DNA of 60,027 nt, taken from assembly GCA_047616505.1 (NCBI GenBank), contig JBLHGI010000001.1, positions 1-60,027 on the forward strand. The letters run 5' to 3'. The notes beneath the pieces are model-generated. The model was not told the DNA's origin, searched no databases, and was given only the letters and a program-made list of their open reading frames with translations. The translations under genes were made by a program, and so were the position numbers. Origin of the DNA: Planctomycetota bacterium (GTDB lineage Bacteria > Latescibacterota > UBA2968 > UBA8231). Shown here in pieces: positions 29,782-39,643 of this stretch. Within the stretch, counting starts at the first letter, position 1. Each line of letters begins with the position of its first letter.

Positions 29782-30846
29782 TTATTCTGGCGTGTCGCCC
29801 AGTCGATTGGCTTTGGCTAGGGGTGTAAGCTCGAAATAGGGCTCGTGACCGGCGAAGAAGCGCTCGAACTCGTCGATCATCAGCGGAAAGAAATGCGGGT
29901 AGTCCGTGCCCGTAAGCCAGCCGAAGTGCGGGCTGAGAAAGACGTTGTCGAGCGCTAATATTTCGCTGTCGGCTGGAATTGGCTCCGGCTCGAAGGCTTC
30001 GATACCGGCGACGATATCGTTCTTCTTGATGCGGGCGATGAGCGCCGCCGAATCGACGACGGCGCCGCGCGAAACGTTGACGAAAATACTGCCCGAGCGC
30101 AAAAGCCCCAGCTCGCGCTCGCCGATCATACCGCGCGTGCCTGGCGTCAGCGGCGCCATACAGACGACGATATCGCAGTGCGAGAACACGTTGTCGAGCG
30201 AGGTCTGCACAAAACCCACGGCCTCGGCCAGTTCGCGCGGCAGATAGGGGTCGTGCACCCAGATTTCCCCCTCGAATGGTTTGAGCAGTTTAATTAATCG
30301 ACGGCTCATGTGACCGCCGCCGATTATGCCGACGCGTTTGCCCTGCAATAGGCCGCCCATCAGACGCACGACGTCGGGGTCGCGGCCGGTATTGCCGGCG
30401 ATCAGGCGGCGGAAATGCGCCCCGGCGTTGCGCAGGCATACCAAGATCATGCCCAGCGCCCACTCGGCGACAGGGTACGAGGAGCCATTGGTCGTATCGA
30501 CGGTGCGCACGCCGCGCGCCCAAGCTGCATCGAGGTCAATGCGCACGGCAAAGCGGTCGCCCTCTAACTCGCCGATGATCTTGAGCTTGGGCGCGTGCGC
30601 CAGGAGAGGTTCGTCGATGCGTGGCGCTCCGTGGCAGAGCACGAGTGCATCGATATCGCTCAAGTGTTCTTTGATGGCATCTATTTTTTGCGGATCGTCG
30701 GGCGTGTCGTAGATGCCGCCGCCGGCGCATTCGAACCACTCCCAGTCTGCCAACTTCTCCAGACGCTGTAATTCCGTTGGATCTACATAGTTCTCGCGCA
30801 CGTTTTTATCGCAGGCGATCAGTACCTTGGGGCGGGATGGGGACAT
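29782..30846 (-). CDS. D-isomer-specific 2-hydroxyacid dehydrogenase family
   Basis: NAD loop GKRVGIIGGGHMSRRL and C-terminal LSPHFG. I prefer the ATG at 30846 (MSPSRPKVLIACD), which has an AGAGGAA RBS. Confidence 0.8.
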   Translation of the reverse strand: MSPSRPKVLIACDKNVRENYVDPTELQRLEKLADWEWFECAGGGIYDTPDDPQKIDAIKEHLSDIDALVLCHGAPRIDEPLLAHAPKLKIIGELEGDRFAVRIDLDAAWARGVRTVDTTNGSSYPVAEWALGMILVCLRNAGAHFRRLIAGNTGRDPDVVRLMGGLLQGKRVGIIGGGHMSRRLIKLLKPFEGEIWVHDPYLPRELAEAVGFVQTSLDNVFSHCDIVVCMAPLTPGTRGMIGERELGLLRSGSIFVNVSRGAVVDSAALIARIKKNDIVAGIEAFEPEPIPADSEILALDNVFLSPHFGWLTGTDYPHFFPLMIDEFERFFAGHEPYFELTPLAKANRLGDTPE

Positions 30847-30892
30847 GGCGTCGGATTCCTCTGTATATAGGTGTTGGGCTGAATGGTCTATA

Positions 30893-30933
30893 ATAAAAAA
30901 AAAGAGCACCGGCCAAAACCGGTGCTCTTTTTG
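30893..30933 (-). terminator. Rho-independent (bidirectional-type) terminator
   Basis: Perfect 10-bp stem AGAGCACCGG (30903-30912) / CCGGTGCTCT (30919-30928) with a 6-nt loop, flanked by an A10 run and a T5 run. It lies directly 3' of the creatininase-family gene. Confidence 0.85.
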
Positions 30934-30953
30934 TGTAGATCGTTAGGGCGCGC

Positions 30954-31748
30954 TTACCACGGATTTTCCGGATCGTCCACGCCCTGCAAAAATTCGTCGA
31001 TCAGCCCTTCCGTCACTTCGTCATTTTTGACGGCGCGCACCAATTTCACCAAGGCATCCACGCGCGCTTCGGCTAAGGCCTTGCCCTTCTCGGCCGTGGC
31101 TTTGCTGGCATCGCCGACATACATCTTTGGGTACATCGCGTACCAGTCCATCGGCGAATAGGCACCGGCTTTCTTTAAGTCTTCGTTGCGGCGCAAACTG
31201 GTAAAAGGCTTTTTGGGCACGTCTTCCATTTTCACTAATTCGGGATTGATAAACAGACTGGTGCTGGTCTCGGCTTCGCAGGCGTGCCCCGTTTCCTTTG
31301 TTTCGAGCACGTCGTCTGCGCCTACTGCCTTGGGCGTGCCGTAATAGACGCAATAGTCGCGGTCTTCCTCTAATAAGGTCTGCACAAAGAGCGGCAGGAA
31401 ATGGCGATTGCCGCCGTGGCCGCTGAGCAAGATGATCTTTTTTACGCCGTGGCGGCCCATTTCGTCGCAGACATTTTGCAAAAGAGAAAAGACCAACTCG
31501 CGCTTGAAGACGATGGCGCCGGGCAAATGCGCGGACTCGTGGTTGATGCCATAGGGGTAGGCCGGGAAGACGAGGGCGAGCTCTTGTTCGGCTGCGCGGC
31601 AGGCCGTCCAGTGCGCTTCGAATATGTCGGTGCCCAAGGGCAGATGGCTGGCATGGGCTTCTATGACGCCGATGGGGATGATGCCGACGCCCTGGCACTT
31701 TTCTACGGCTTCGACGAAGTCGGGGACGGTGAGGTCTTCCCAGCGCAT
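30954..31748 (-). CDS. Creatininase (creatinine amidohydrolase) family protein
   Basis: IIPIGVIEAHASHLPLGTD motif, about 260 aa, AAGGAA RBS. Confidence 0.8.
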   Translation of the reverse strand: MRWEDLTVPDFVEAVEKCQGVGIIPIGVIEAHASHLPLGTDIFEAHWTACRAAEQELALVFPAYPYGINHESAHLPGAIVFKRELVFSLLQNVCDEMGRHGVKKIILLSGHGGNRHFLPLFVQTLLEEDRDYCVYYGTPKAVGADDVLETKETGHACEAETSTSLFINPELVKMEDVPKKPFTSLRRNEDLKKAGAYSPMDWYAMYPKMYVGDASKATAEKGKALAEARVDALVKLVRAVKNDEVTEGLIDEFLQGVDDPENPW

Positions 31749-31957
31749 GATGAGTTCCTTTTTTGCGTGAGTTTATCGGTACGACTATAGAAGATAAACA
31801 AAAGAAAATGCAGAACTTGCAGAATTTGATACCCTAGCCTAAATTCTTCTAACACATTGTCTTGTGAAAAATTAGACAGATTCCAAACCGATCAGACGAA
31901 ACGCACAGCGACAAAACGCCGCGTAGAGTTGTCTCGTGCGGCGACCGTATATATAGG

Positions 31958-31995
31958 GGGGTTGCGCAGGGACTATAGAGGCGCGGCCCCTTTTT
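31958..31995 (+). terminator. Intrinsic-terminator-like hairpin plus T-run in the typA leader (attenuator or sRNA end)
   Basis: GGGGTTGCGC (31958-31967) pairs with GCGCGGCCCC (31981-31990): 8 Watson-Crick pairs and 2 G.U pairs, with a 13-nt loop, followed by TTTTT. It lies 26 nt before the typA ATG. Confidence 0.45.
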
Positions 31996-32020
31996 CTCGT
32001 TTTTATCTTGTAGAGGATAC

Positions 32021-33886
32021 ATGACACAGCTCGACTCCGTAGCCAATGATGGCGTGCAGATGGGCCCACGTTCCGATATTCGCAACGTGGGGATTATCGC
32101 CCACGTCGACCACGGTAAGACCACGCTCGTCGATGGCATGCTCAAACAGAGCAACGTCTTTCAGGCGCATCAAGCGGTTGCCGAGCGCGTGCTCGACTCC
32201 AACGACTTAGAGCGCGAGCGCGGTATCACGATCCTGGCCAAAAACACCGGCATCGTCTACGAAGACACGACTATCAATATTGTCGATACGCCCGGACACG
32301 CCGATTTCGGTGGTGAGGTCGAGCGCATTATGAATATGGTCGACGGCGTCGTGCTTTTGGTCGATGCCGTTGAAGGCCCGATGCCGCAAACGCGTTTTGT
32401 GCTGCGTCAGGCACTAGAGCGCGGCCACAAGGTCGTCGTTGTCGTCAACAAAATCGACCGGCCCGCCGCGCGCCCCGATGCCGTCGTCGATGGGACCTTC
32501 GATCTCTTTATGGATCTAGGGGCCAACGAAGAGCAGGCCGATTTTCCCGTCGTTTACACGCGGGCTTTAGAAGGCCGCGCTGGTTTGGAACCCACCGAGT
32601 TGGCCGATACGCTGGCGCCGCTCTTCGATACGATTATCAGCCACTTACCGCCGCCGCTCATCGTGGTCGATGGCCCACCGCAGCTCTTGGTCACGACGCT
32701 GGAGCACAGCTCCTATGTCGGCAAGATCGCCGTTGGGCGTCTGAGCAGTGGTTCGCTGCGTGCGGGCCAAGCCGTTATGCATATCAATGCTGCAGGCGAG
32801 ATGGAACGGGCTACGGTCGGCAAGGTCTATATTTTTCGCAATCTCAAGCGCGAGTCGGTCGACGAAGTGCACGCGGGCAATATCGTCGCGCTTTCCGGGA
32901 TCGCAACCGTCGGTATCGGCGATACGATAGCCTGCCCGGAAAATCCCGTCGCCCTGCCGCCGATCAAGGTCGAGGACCCGACGGTGCGCATGGTTTTTCG
33001 GGTCAATAACAGCCCCTTCTCTGGTCGCGAGGGCCGCTTTGTGACCAGCCGTGAGATCCGCAAGCGCCTCTTTGACGAGTTGGAGAGCAACGTGGCGTTG
33101 CGCGTGGAGGACATGGAGCGCTCGGGCGAGTTTGTGGTGTCGGGTCGCGGCGAATTGCACTTGGCCATTCTCATCGAGACGATGCGGCGCGAGGGCTACG
33201 AGCTGGCCGTGAGCAAACCCGAGGTCATATTCCGCCAGAGCGATCGCGGTCTCTTAGAACCGATCGAGCGCGTCTACATCGAAGTGCTCAACGAGTATCT
33301 CGGTGTCGTTAGCGAAATGCTGGGCAAGCGCCGCGGGCGTTTGCAGGATATCCGCCACGGTGAAGACGGCACGGTCTATGCCGAGTTTCTGGTGCCGACG
33401 CGCGGTATCTTAGGTTTCCGTCAGCCGTACTTGAATGCAACGCGCGGCACGGGCACCTTCAACACGCTCTTCGAGGGCAACGAACCGATGTCCGGAGCGA
33501 TTGAAGGGCAGGAGTTTGGCTCGCTCATCTCGCACGAGACGGGCACAACCAGCGCCTACGCACTTGAACACTTACAGCAGCGCGGCACGTTTTTTATTAG
33601 CCCCAGCGACGAAGTCTATGCCGGTCAGGTCGTGGGCCAGACCATTCGCCCCGATGACCTAGTGATCAACGTCTGTCGAACCAAACACATGACGGGGCAT
33701 CGCGCCGCGCCCAAGGCCATACTGGACTCGCTGTCGCCGCCGCGCATTCTGACGCTGGACGACGCCATTGAATATCTGGGCAACGACGAGTTGTTGGAAG
33801 TCACGCCGGACTCGCTGCGCATCCGCAAGCGCGAGCTACACCACGGCATGCGCCAGCGCTCCGAAAAGAACACCAAGAGGGACTAG
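32021..33886 (+). CDS. typA: Translational GTPase TypA/BipA
   Basis: [39 protein letters not shown] and NKIDR. About 620 aa, with the EF-G-like domain order typical of BipA. Confidence 0.95.
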   Translation: MTQLDSVANDGVQMGPRSDIRNVGIIAHVDHGKTTLVDGMLKQSNVFQAHQAVAERVLDSNDLERERGITILAKNTGIVYEDTTINIVDTPGHADFGGEVERIMNMVDGVVLLVDAVEGPMPQTRFVLRQALERGHKVVVVVNKIDRPAARPDAVVDGTFDLFMDLGANEEQADFPVVYTRALEGRAGLEPTELADTLAPLFDTIISHLPPPLIVVDGPPQLLVTTLEHSSYVGKIAVGRLSSGSLRAGQAVMHINAAGEMERATVGKVYIFRNLKRESVDEVHAGNIVALSGIATVGIGDTIACPENPVALPPIKVEDPTVRMVFRVNNSPFSGREGRFVTSREIRKRLFDELESNVALRVEDMERSGEFVVSGRGELHLAILIETMRREGYELAVSKPEVIFRQSDRGLLEPIERVYIEVLNEYLGVVSEMLGKRRGRLQDIRHGEDGTVYAEFLVPTRGILGFRQPYLNATRGTGTFNTLFEGNEPMSGAIEGQEFGSLISHETGTTSAYALEHLQQRGTFFISPSDEVYAGQVVGQTIRPDDLVINVCRTKHMTGHRAAPKAILDSLSPPRILTLDDAIEYLGNDELLEVTPDSLRIRKRELHHGMRQRSEKNTKRD

Positions 33887-33891
33887 TTTTT

Positions 33892-36045
33892 ATGACGCAA
33901 GAGCAGAACGTGACCTTTAAGGATCTGTCGCTGATCCAACCCGTGCTCAAATCGCTGGAAGAGGTCGGTTACGAGATCCCGACGCCGATCCAAGCGCGGA
34001 CCATTCCGCTGGTCTTGGAGGGCCGGGACGTATTGGGCCAGGCGCAGACGGGCACCGGCAAGACGGCTGCCTTTGCCCTGCCGCTGCTTTCGCGCATCGA
34101 CCTTTCGCGGCGCGAAGTACAGGTGTTGGTTTTGGCGCCGACGCGCGAGTTGGCCATTCAGGTGGCCGAGGCGTTTCAGCGCTATGCGGCGCATATGAAA
34201 GGTTTTCACGTGCTGCCCATTTACGGTGGTCAGGCCTATGACGGCCAGTTGCGCTCGCTCAAGCGCGGGGTGCACGTGGTCGTGGGCACGCCGGGCCGGG
34301 TAATGGACCATATGCGGCGCAAGACGCTGCGTCTGAACAATCTGCAATGTTTAGTGCTGGACGAGGCCGACGAAATGTTGCGCATGGGTTTTATCGACGA
34401 CGTCGAGTGGATCTTGCAGCAGACACCGCCCGAGCGCCAGACGGCGCTCTTTTCGGCGACGATGCCCGACCAGATTCGCCGCATTGCCGGAAAATATCTG
34501 CGCAACCCCGAGCACATCGCCATTGAGACACGCACGACGGCGGCCGAAACGGTGCGCCAGCGCTATCGCATGGTCAGCGGTATGGGCAACAAACTCGACG
34601 CGTTGACGCGCATCTTAGAAGCTGAAATCTTTGATGGCGTGTTGGTCTTTGTGCGCACGCGCATCGCGACGACGGAGCTAGCCGAAAAGTTAGAGGCGCG
34701 CGGTTATGCTAGCGCGGGCCTGAGCGGCGACATGGCGCAGAAGCGGCGCGAGCAGACCGTAAGCCAGCTCAAGAAGGGCAAGCTGGATATTCTCGTGGCC
34801 ACGGATGTGGCGGCGCGCGGTTTGGATATCAATCGCATCAGCCACGTCATCAACTTCGATATACCCTACGACGTAGAAGCCTATATCCATCGGATCGGGC
34901 GCACGGGTCGGGCCGGGCGCAGCGGCGAGGCGATTCTCTTTGTGGCACCGCGTGAGCGGCGTTTGCTCTATGCGATAGAGCGTGCAACGCAGAAAAAAAT
35001 CGAGCAGATGGAGCTGCCCTCGACCGAGACGATCAACGATCAGCGCATCGCTCGTTTTAAGCAGAATATCACCGATGTGTTGGGCACGGAAGATCTCGGT
35101 GCTTTCCGCATGATTCTGGAGCAGTACCGACAGGAGCACAACGTCTCGGCGATAGATATAGCCGCGGCTCTGGCCAAAATTATGCAGGGCGACGATCCGC
35201 TGCTCTTGGCGGCCGATGTCGACCACCACGGGCGACGAGGTCGGCGCAACGAGGCGCAGGCGACCAGATCAGAAGAGCGCCCAGCGCGCAAGCCAGACTA
35301 TAGTCGAGAGGCGACCAGATCAGAAGAGCGCCCGTCGCGCAAGCCAGACTATAGCCGAGAAATGAACGAGCCAGAGAAGCGCCCAGCGCGCAAGCCAGAC
35401 TATAGCCGAGAGACGAACGAGCCAGAGAAGCGCCCGTCGCGCAAGCCAGACTATAGCCGAGAGATGAACGAGCCAGAGAAGCGCCCGTCGCGCAAGCCAG
35501 ACTATAGCCGAGAAACGAGCAAACCAAGAGAAATGGGCAAACCAGAGAAACGCCCACGCAAGCCAGACTATAGCGAAGAGATGAATGGGTCTGGAAAGCG
35601 CCCGCCCCGAACCCGTGATAATGGTCAAGAGGCGGGGGATGCTGGGGAAAGACCACGCAGCGAAAAACCGGGATCACCGGCCATAGGCACAGAGCGTTTT
35701 CGCGTGGAAGTGGGCAGCGTGCACGGTGCCAAGCCGGGCAACCTCGTTGGTGCTATTGCCAATGAGGCCCTGCTCGATGGCAATCATATCGGTCGCATAG
35801 AGATCTACGAAGAGCACAGCACGATTGATTTACCCGTAGGCATGCCGAAGGATCTCTTTCACCTGTTAAAGAAGGTCCAGGTCTGCGGCCAGCGCCTGCA
35901 ACTCGCTCGCCTCGATGGTGGCGCTGAGGCCGGTGAGGGCAAGAAGCGCGGTGGCGGCAAGAAGCCCGGCGGTAAGAAGGGATCTAAGTCGGGTGGGGCT
36001 AAACCCAAGAAACACCGCAAGGGCAGCAAGCCACGGGTAGAGTAG
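33892..36045 (+). CDS. deaD: DEAD-box ATP-dependent RNA helicase (DeaD/CsdA type) with a repeat-expanded C-terminal region
   Basis: Q-motif, AQTGTGKT, DEAD (VLDEADEML), SAT and HRIGRTGRAG. DbpA-like RNA-binding domain (ERFRVEVGSVHGAKPGNLVGAI) and a K/G-rich tail. Confidence 0.9.
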   Translation: MTQEQNVTFKDLSLIQPVLKSLEEVGYEIPTPIQARTIPLVLEGRDVLGQAQTGTGKTAAFALPLLSRIDLSRREVQVLVLAPTRELAIQVAEAFQRYAAHMKGFHVLPIYGGQAYDGQLRSLKRGVHVVVGTPGRVMDHMRRKTLRLNNLQCLVLDEADEMLRMGFIDDVEWILQQTPPERQTALFSATMPDQIRRIAGKYLRNPEHIAIETRTTAAETVRQRYRMVSGMGNKLDALTRILEAEIFDGVLVFVRTRIATTELAEKLEARGYASAGLSGDMAQKRREQTVSQLKKGKLDILVATDVAARGLDINRISHVINFDIPYDVEAYIHRIGRTGRAGRSGEAILFVAPRERRLLYAIERATQKKIEQMELPSTETINDQRIARFKQNITDVLGTEDLGAFRMILEQYRQEHNVSAIDIAAALAKIMQGDDPLLLAADVDHHGRRGRRNEAQATRSEERPARKPDYSREATRSEERPSRKPDYSREMNEPEKRPARKPDYSRETNEPEKRPSRKPDYSREMNEPEKRPSRKPDYSRETSKPREMGKPEKRPRKPDYSEEMNGSGKRPPRTRDNGQEAGDAGERPRSEKPGSPAIGTERFRVEVGSVHGAKPGNLVGAIANEALLDGNHIGRIEIYEEHSTIDLPVGMPKDLFHLLKKVQVCGQRLQLARLDGGAEAGEGKKRGGGKKPGGKKGSKSGGAKPKKHRKGSKPRVE
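35260..35631 (+). repeat. In-frame 51-bp (17-aa) tandem repeats inside deaD
   Basis: Five clean units at 35260-35514 (ATRSEERPARKPDYSRE / ATRSEERPSRKPDYSRE / MNEPEKRPARKPDYSRE / TNEPEKRPSRKPDYSRE / MNEPEKRPSRKPDYSRE), followed by two degenerate units. Confidence 0.9.
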
Positions 36046-36072
36046 TATTCACCAACATTGCAACGAGTGTGC

Positions 36073-36330
36073 TTAGGCATCTGACGGTCCCGGCTCCCAG
36101 CCGGTGGCCGCTGCCCAGTCGGTGGAGCGCGCTATAATATCCCAGAAGATGGTTTTTTTGGCGTCTGTATAGGCCTGGCGATCCGCGCGAAATTTTACCG
36201 CTAATTCCCGTTTTATCTGTCCGTATTTTTGTCGATCCTCCACATACAAGCGCACATAGTCGCGGAAGAGCAGCGGGAATTGCTGGTGCCAGCTACCCAA
36301 TTTGCGCACGTGGATATGCGTGCGTTTCTC
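36073..36330 (-). pseudogene. C-terminal relic of a GrpB (UPF0157) family gene
   Basis: Reads KRTHIHVRKLGSWHQQFPLLFRDYVRLYVEDRQKYGQIKRELAVKF...YTDAKKTIFWDII (a GrpB C-terminal half). An in-frame TGA lies immediately upstream. The N-terminal ~100 aa are absent because the ThuA gene ends at 36385. Confidence 0.55.
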
Positions 36331-36384
36331 TTTCGGTCTTTTTCATATCACGCCTCTTTGACGCCCTCCTTATCGACCATGCTG

Positions 36385-37017
36385 CTACTGTGCTGGCGCG
36401 CAAAAGAGCAGCGCATTTTTTAATAAGGCCTGATAGGACGGGTGTAACCATACTTCGACCTTATGACCGGGTGAGAGTACGCAGACTTTACCTCGGCCCT
36501 CGCTGCGGATCCAGCCGCCTGGCTGCGTGCCGTGTTCTGATTGGGTGGTCATAAAAACGTCCGCTTGTTGGTCATCTAATTCCATGAAGTAGTGTTCGTC
36601 GACCTGCGTAAAAGGCGTGCTGTCTTGGCAGAGCGGATGACCGTCTTGTAGCTGAACTTCTACTGGGCACTGTTTGGGGTGATTGGTAAAGATGCCACCA
36701 AGCAGCGCGCGCAGTGCAGGCGTTTCACTATAACCAGCCGTGCCCGAATGCACGGCGAGCAGGCCGCCGCCCTGGCGGACAAAGTCGACAAAGGCCCGTT
36801 CGACGGCGCCGTCTACCCACTCGGCGCGGTCTTGCGAAGAAACGTCGTTCGACTTGGTAAAGAGGACGACTGGATAGGTCGACATCCGTGCGGCCGACCA
36901 GTCGGCGGCGTCCTCTATAAAGTCAAAGTGCATGTCGTCGTTGGCTAAAGGAGCTAGGCCCTCTCTAGGGACGGCGGCCGGATGCCAGTAGTCGTCACAG
37001 ATAACTAGTATGCGCAT
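36385..37017 (-). CDS. ThuA-domain protein
   Basis: MRILVICDDYWHP..., YPVVLFTK and FVRQGGGLLAVHSG are typical of ThuA-like class-I amidotransferase-fold proteins. Confidence 0.7.
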   Translation of the reverse strand: MRILVICDDYWHPAAVPREGLAPLANDDMHFDFIEDAADWSAARMSTYPVVLFTKSNDVSSQDRAEWVDGAVERAFVDFVRQGGGLLAVHSGTAGYSETPALRALLGGIFTNHPKQCPVEVQLQDGHPLCQDSTPFTQVDEHYFMELDDQQADVFMTTQSEHGTQPGGWIRSEGRGKVCVLSPGHKVEVWLHPSYQALLKNALLFCAPAQ

Positions 37018-37129
37018 GATTTACGTCTCGTTTATTCTATTGTCTTTGTGAACATCTGAACCTAAGTTGGACTCGTTCTTAATCTATAGAATAGTGTTGG
37101 CATCCGTCTAATTGACCAAGAGAGCAACC

Positions 37130-39595
37130 ATGATTTTTGTCGCTGTGCGCGCTGTTTCTATACTGGCTCTATTGCTGTGTACGTCTCTTGCTGAAGCGGA
37201 CGAGCTCAAGTACCCACTAGAGGAGCAGAGTCTACCGCCATTACCCGAGTCGATAGAGGGAGCGATCGTTGGCCGCAGCGGCGGGGCGTTACTCGTAGTT
37301 GGTGGGCGCGATACAGAAGGCAAAAGTCTGAGCGCTAGGGCTTTTGTGCTGGCGGATGGTGCCGCGCAGTGGCAGGTGCTCAAAATCGAGACCCCCGTCG
37401 CCGATGCCGCCTTTGTTACGGTGGGTGATGAAATCGTCTATATGGGCGGCGAAACGACGACCGGTATTGCGGCGACCGCTTTCAGGGTGCGCTATGTAGA
37501 TGGCCAATTAGTGTCGGTGCCGCTGCCCGACTTGCCCGCGCCAATAGCGCAGGCCGGTGCCGTCGCCATCGGTGAAAAGCTCTACCTAGTCGGCGGTCTC
37601 GGCCGCGATGGAAAACCCGTCGCCGACAACTTCCTCTCTCTCGACCTCGCAGAGCCCAGCCCATGGCAGATCCTACCTGCGTGCCCGTTGTCCGGTCTGC
37701 ATCGGCCCATCGTCGCAGCACAGGCCGGGGATGTACTGGTCTTTGGTGGTCCGCGCTGGGTAGACGGCGCTAGGCGCCACAGCACCGACTCGTGGCGCTA
37801 CCGGGCGCAGGCGCTCGATGCCACCGTCGAGAGCGGCTGGTTGGATATGAGCGATCTGCCGGCGCCCTGGCATGCGGCCACGGCCTTTGCCACGGGTCAG
37901 TCGCACGTAATGGTTTTGGGAGGACCGCGCGACGCGGAGATGGACGAACGCGTCGTCATATACCACACGATCATTGATGCCTACACGACCGACAGCGCTT
38001 GGAGCAATTCAATAGAAGCTCCTACGGCTATAATACATGGCAAAGAGGGAGTACAGTTAGTCGGTCGCAACGGTGCTATAACGGCTAGTTTTCGCCACGT
38101 CACCAAAACGCTACATGGTTTGGATTATGCCGTTATCGCCGTTTATCTGGCTATTATTGTAGGCATTGGCCTCTACTTCTCTAAGCGGGAAAAAACGACG
38201 CAGGACTTCTTTCTCGGCGGCCGCAAAATCCCGTGGTGGGCCGTCGGTATTAGTCTCTATGCTACGGGCACGAGTGCCATCAGTTTTATGGCGATACCGA
38301 CGAAGGCGTGGGCGACTAGCACGCTCTATGGCATCGAGGGTTTGGTCGGTCTGTTGGGCATGGTTGCGGCGGCTTATCTGGTCATTCCCATTATTCGCAG
38401 ACTAGATATTACCTCGACCTACGAGTATCTGGAGCGGCGCTACAACCCGTGGCTGTGCATGTGGGGTAGCGGCCTCAATATCGTTTTTCAACTGGCTGGG
38501 CGCATGAGCGTGGTATTGCTCTTGCCGTCTTTGGCGCTATCGGCGGTGACGGGTTTTCCCGTGCTGCCCGTTATCGCTGCGCTCGGTGCACTGGCTACCG
38601 TTTATACGGTCTTCGGTGGTTTGGCTGCTGTGATTTGGACCGATGTGTTGCAGGTGGTCGTGCTCTTGGGCGGTGCTCTGCTGGCCTTTATCATCATGAT
38701 TTCTGGTAGCGACGGCGGTGCGGCGGGCTGGTGGGCCATTAACATGGACTACAACAAAATTCGCGTTGCCGATCTCTCCTTCGACTACGCGCAGCCCGTC
38801 ATCTGGATTGTGATGCTCAACGCCGTCTTGCATATCGGCACGGCGACCTCCGATCAGGTGATGGTACAGCGCGTGCTGGCTACGCCCGACGTCAGATCGG
38901 CGCGGCGCTCGTATTTGACTTTGGCGCTGATCGTGCTGCCCGGCTCTTTGCTCTTTACGTTTCTGGGCACGGCGATGTTTTCTTATTTTCGCGCCCATCC
39001 CGAGATGCTCAACCCGACGATGGAAAATATCCACGCGCTGCCGATGTTTATCGTCAACGGCCTGCCCGCGGGTGTTTCGGGGTTGGTGATAGCCGGGCTC
39101 TTCGCCGCGTCGATGTCGAGCTTGGATTCGAGCATGAACAGCGTCTCGACGCTACTCGTCACCGACTTTTACAAGCGCTTTAGACCGCATGCTACGGATC
39201 AACGATGTCTGTCATTGGGCAAGTGGCTGACGGCGGCGGTGGGTTTTTTCGGCACGGGCGCGGCGCTCTTAATGGCGACGACGGAAATCAAGTCGATGTT
39301 CGATATGTGGAGCCAGTTGGTGGCATTGGTATTGGGTGGTTTTGGCGGCGTATTTGTCCTCGGCATGTTTACGCGGCGGGCCAACGGCTGGGGGGCGCTC
39401 TTGGGAGCGGTGAGCAGTATTGGCATCACTGTTGCGATCAAGACCTATACGGATCTGCACTTTATGGCCTATGGTTCGGTGGCCGTTTTGTCGTGCGTCG
39501 CTATTGGTTATGTCTCCAGTTTGTTCTTGCCGCACCGAGAGGTGGATCTAAGAGGGCTGACGGTCTATGCGCTAGATACAAAGAATAATGAGTAG
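37130..39595 (+). CDS. Periplasmic Kelch/NanM-like beta-propeller fused to a sodium:solute symporter (SSS family)
   Basis: Signal peptide MIFVAVRAVSILALLLCTSLAEA. About 300 aa with repeated GG-x-...-Y/W Kelch-like blades (VVGGRD, YMGGE, YLVGGLG, VFGGPR, VLGGPR). A typical SSS start follows (DYAVIAVYLAIIVGIGLYFSKREKTTQDFFLGGRKIPWW) with about 13 TM segments. Confidence 0.75.
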   Translation: MIFVAVRAVSILALLLCTSLAEADELKYPLEEQSLPPLPESIEGAIVGRSGGALLVVGGRDTEGKSLSARAFVLADGAAQWQVLKIETPVADAAFVTVGDEIVYMGGETTTGIAATAFRVRYVDGQLVSVPLPDLPAPIAQAGAVAIGEKLYLVGGLGRDGKPVADNFLSLDLAEPSPWQILPACPLSGLHRPIVAAQAGDVLVFGGPRWVDGARRHSTDSWRYRAQALDATVESGWLDMSDLPAPWHAATAFATGQSHVMVLGGPRDAEMDERVVIYHTIIDAYTTDSAWSNSIEAPTAIIHGKEGVQLVGRNGAITASFRHVTKTLHGLDYAVIAVYLAIIVGIGLYFSKREKTTQDFFLGGRKIPWWAVGISLYATGTSAISFMAIPTKAWATSTLYGIEGLVGLLGMVAAAYLVIPIIRRLDITSTYEYLERRYNPWLCMWGSGLNIVFQLAGRMSVVLLLPSLALSAVTGFPVLPVIAALGALATVYTVFGGLAAVIWTDVLQVVVLLGGALLAFIIMISGSDGGAAGWWAINMDYNKIRVADLSFDYAQPVIWIVMLNAVLHIGTATSDQVMVQRVLATPDVRSARRSYLTLALIVLPGSLLFTFLGTAMFSYFRAHPEMLNPTMENIHALPMFIVNGLPAGVSGLVIAGLFAASMSSLDSSMNSVSTLLVTDFYKRFRPHATDQRCLSLGKWLTAAVGFFGTGAALLMATTEIKSMFDMWSQLVALVLGGFGGVFVLGMFTRRANGWGALLGAVSSIGITVAIKTYTDLHFMAYGSVAVLSCVAIGYVSSLFLPHREVDLRGLTVYALDTKNNE

Positions 39596-39643
39596 GATTG
39601 TGCTGTTGCTATTCGATATGGAAAAACGTGAAAGGATTACTAA

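Noticed and set aside
31021-31698. 225-aa alternative-frame ORF inside the creatininase-family gene, representative of many similar nested or antisense ORFs in the track
   Set aside because: The translation is Arg/Pro-rich, as is typical of off-frame reading of GC-rich coding DNA. The overlapping frame has clear family motifs.
35180-35677. Repetitive antisense ORFs (165 aa and 102 aa) opposite deaD
   Set aside because: Their periodicity mirrors the 51-bp coding repeats of deaD on the + strand, and the deaD frame is clearly the selected one.
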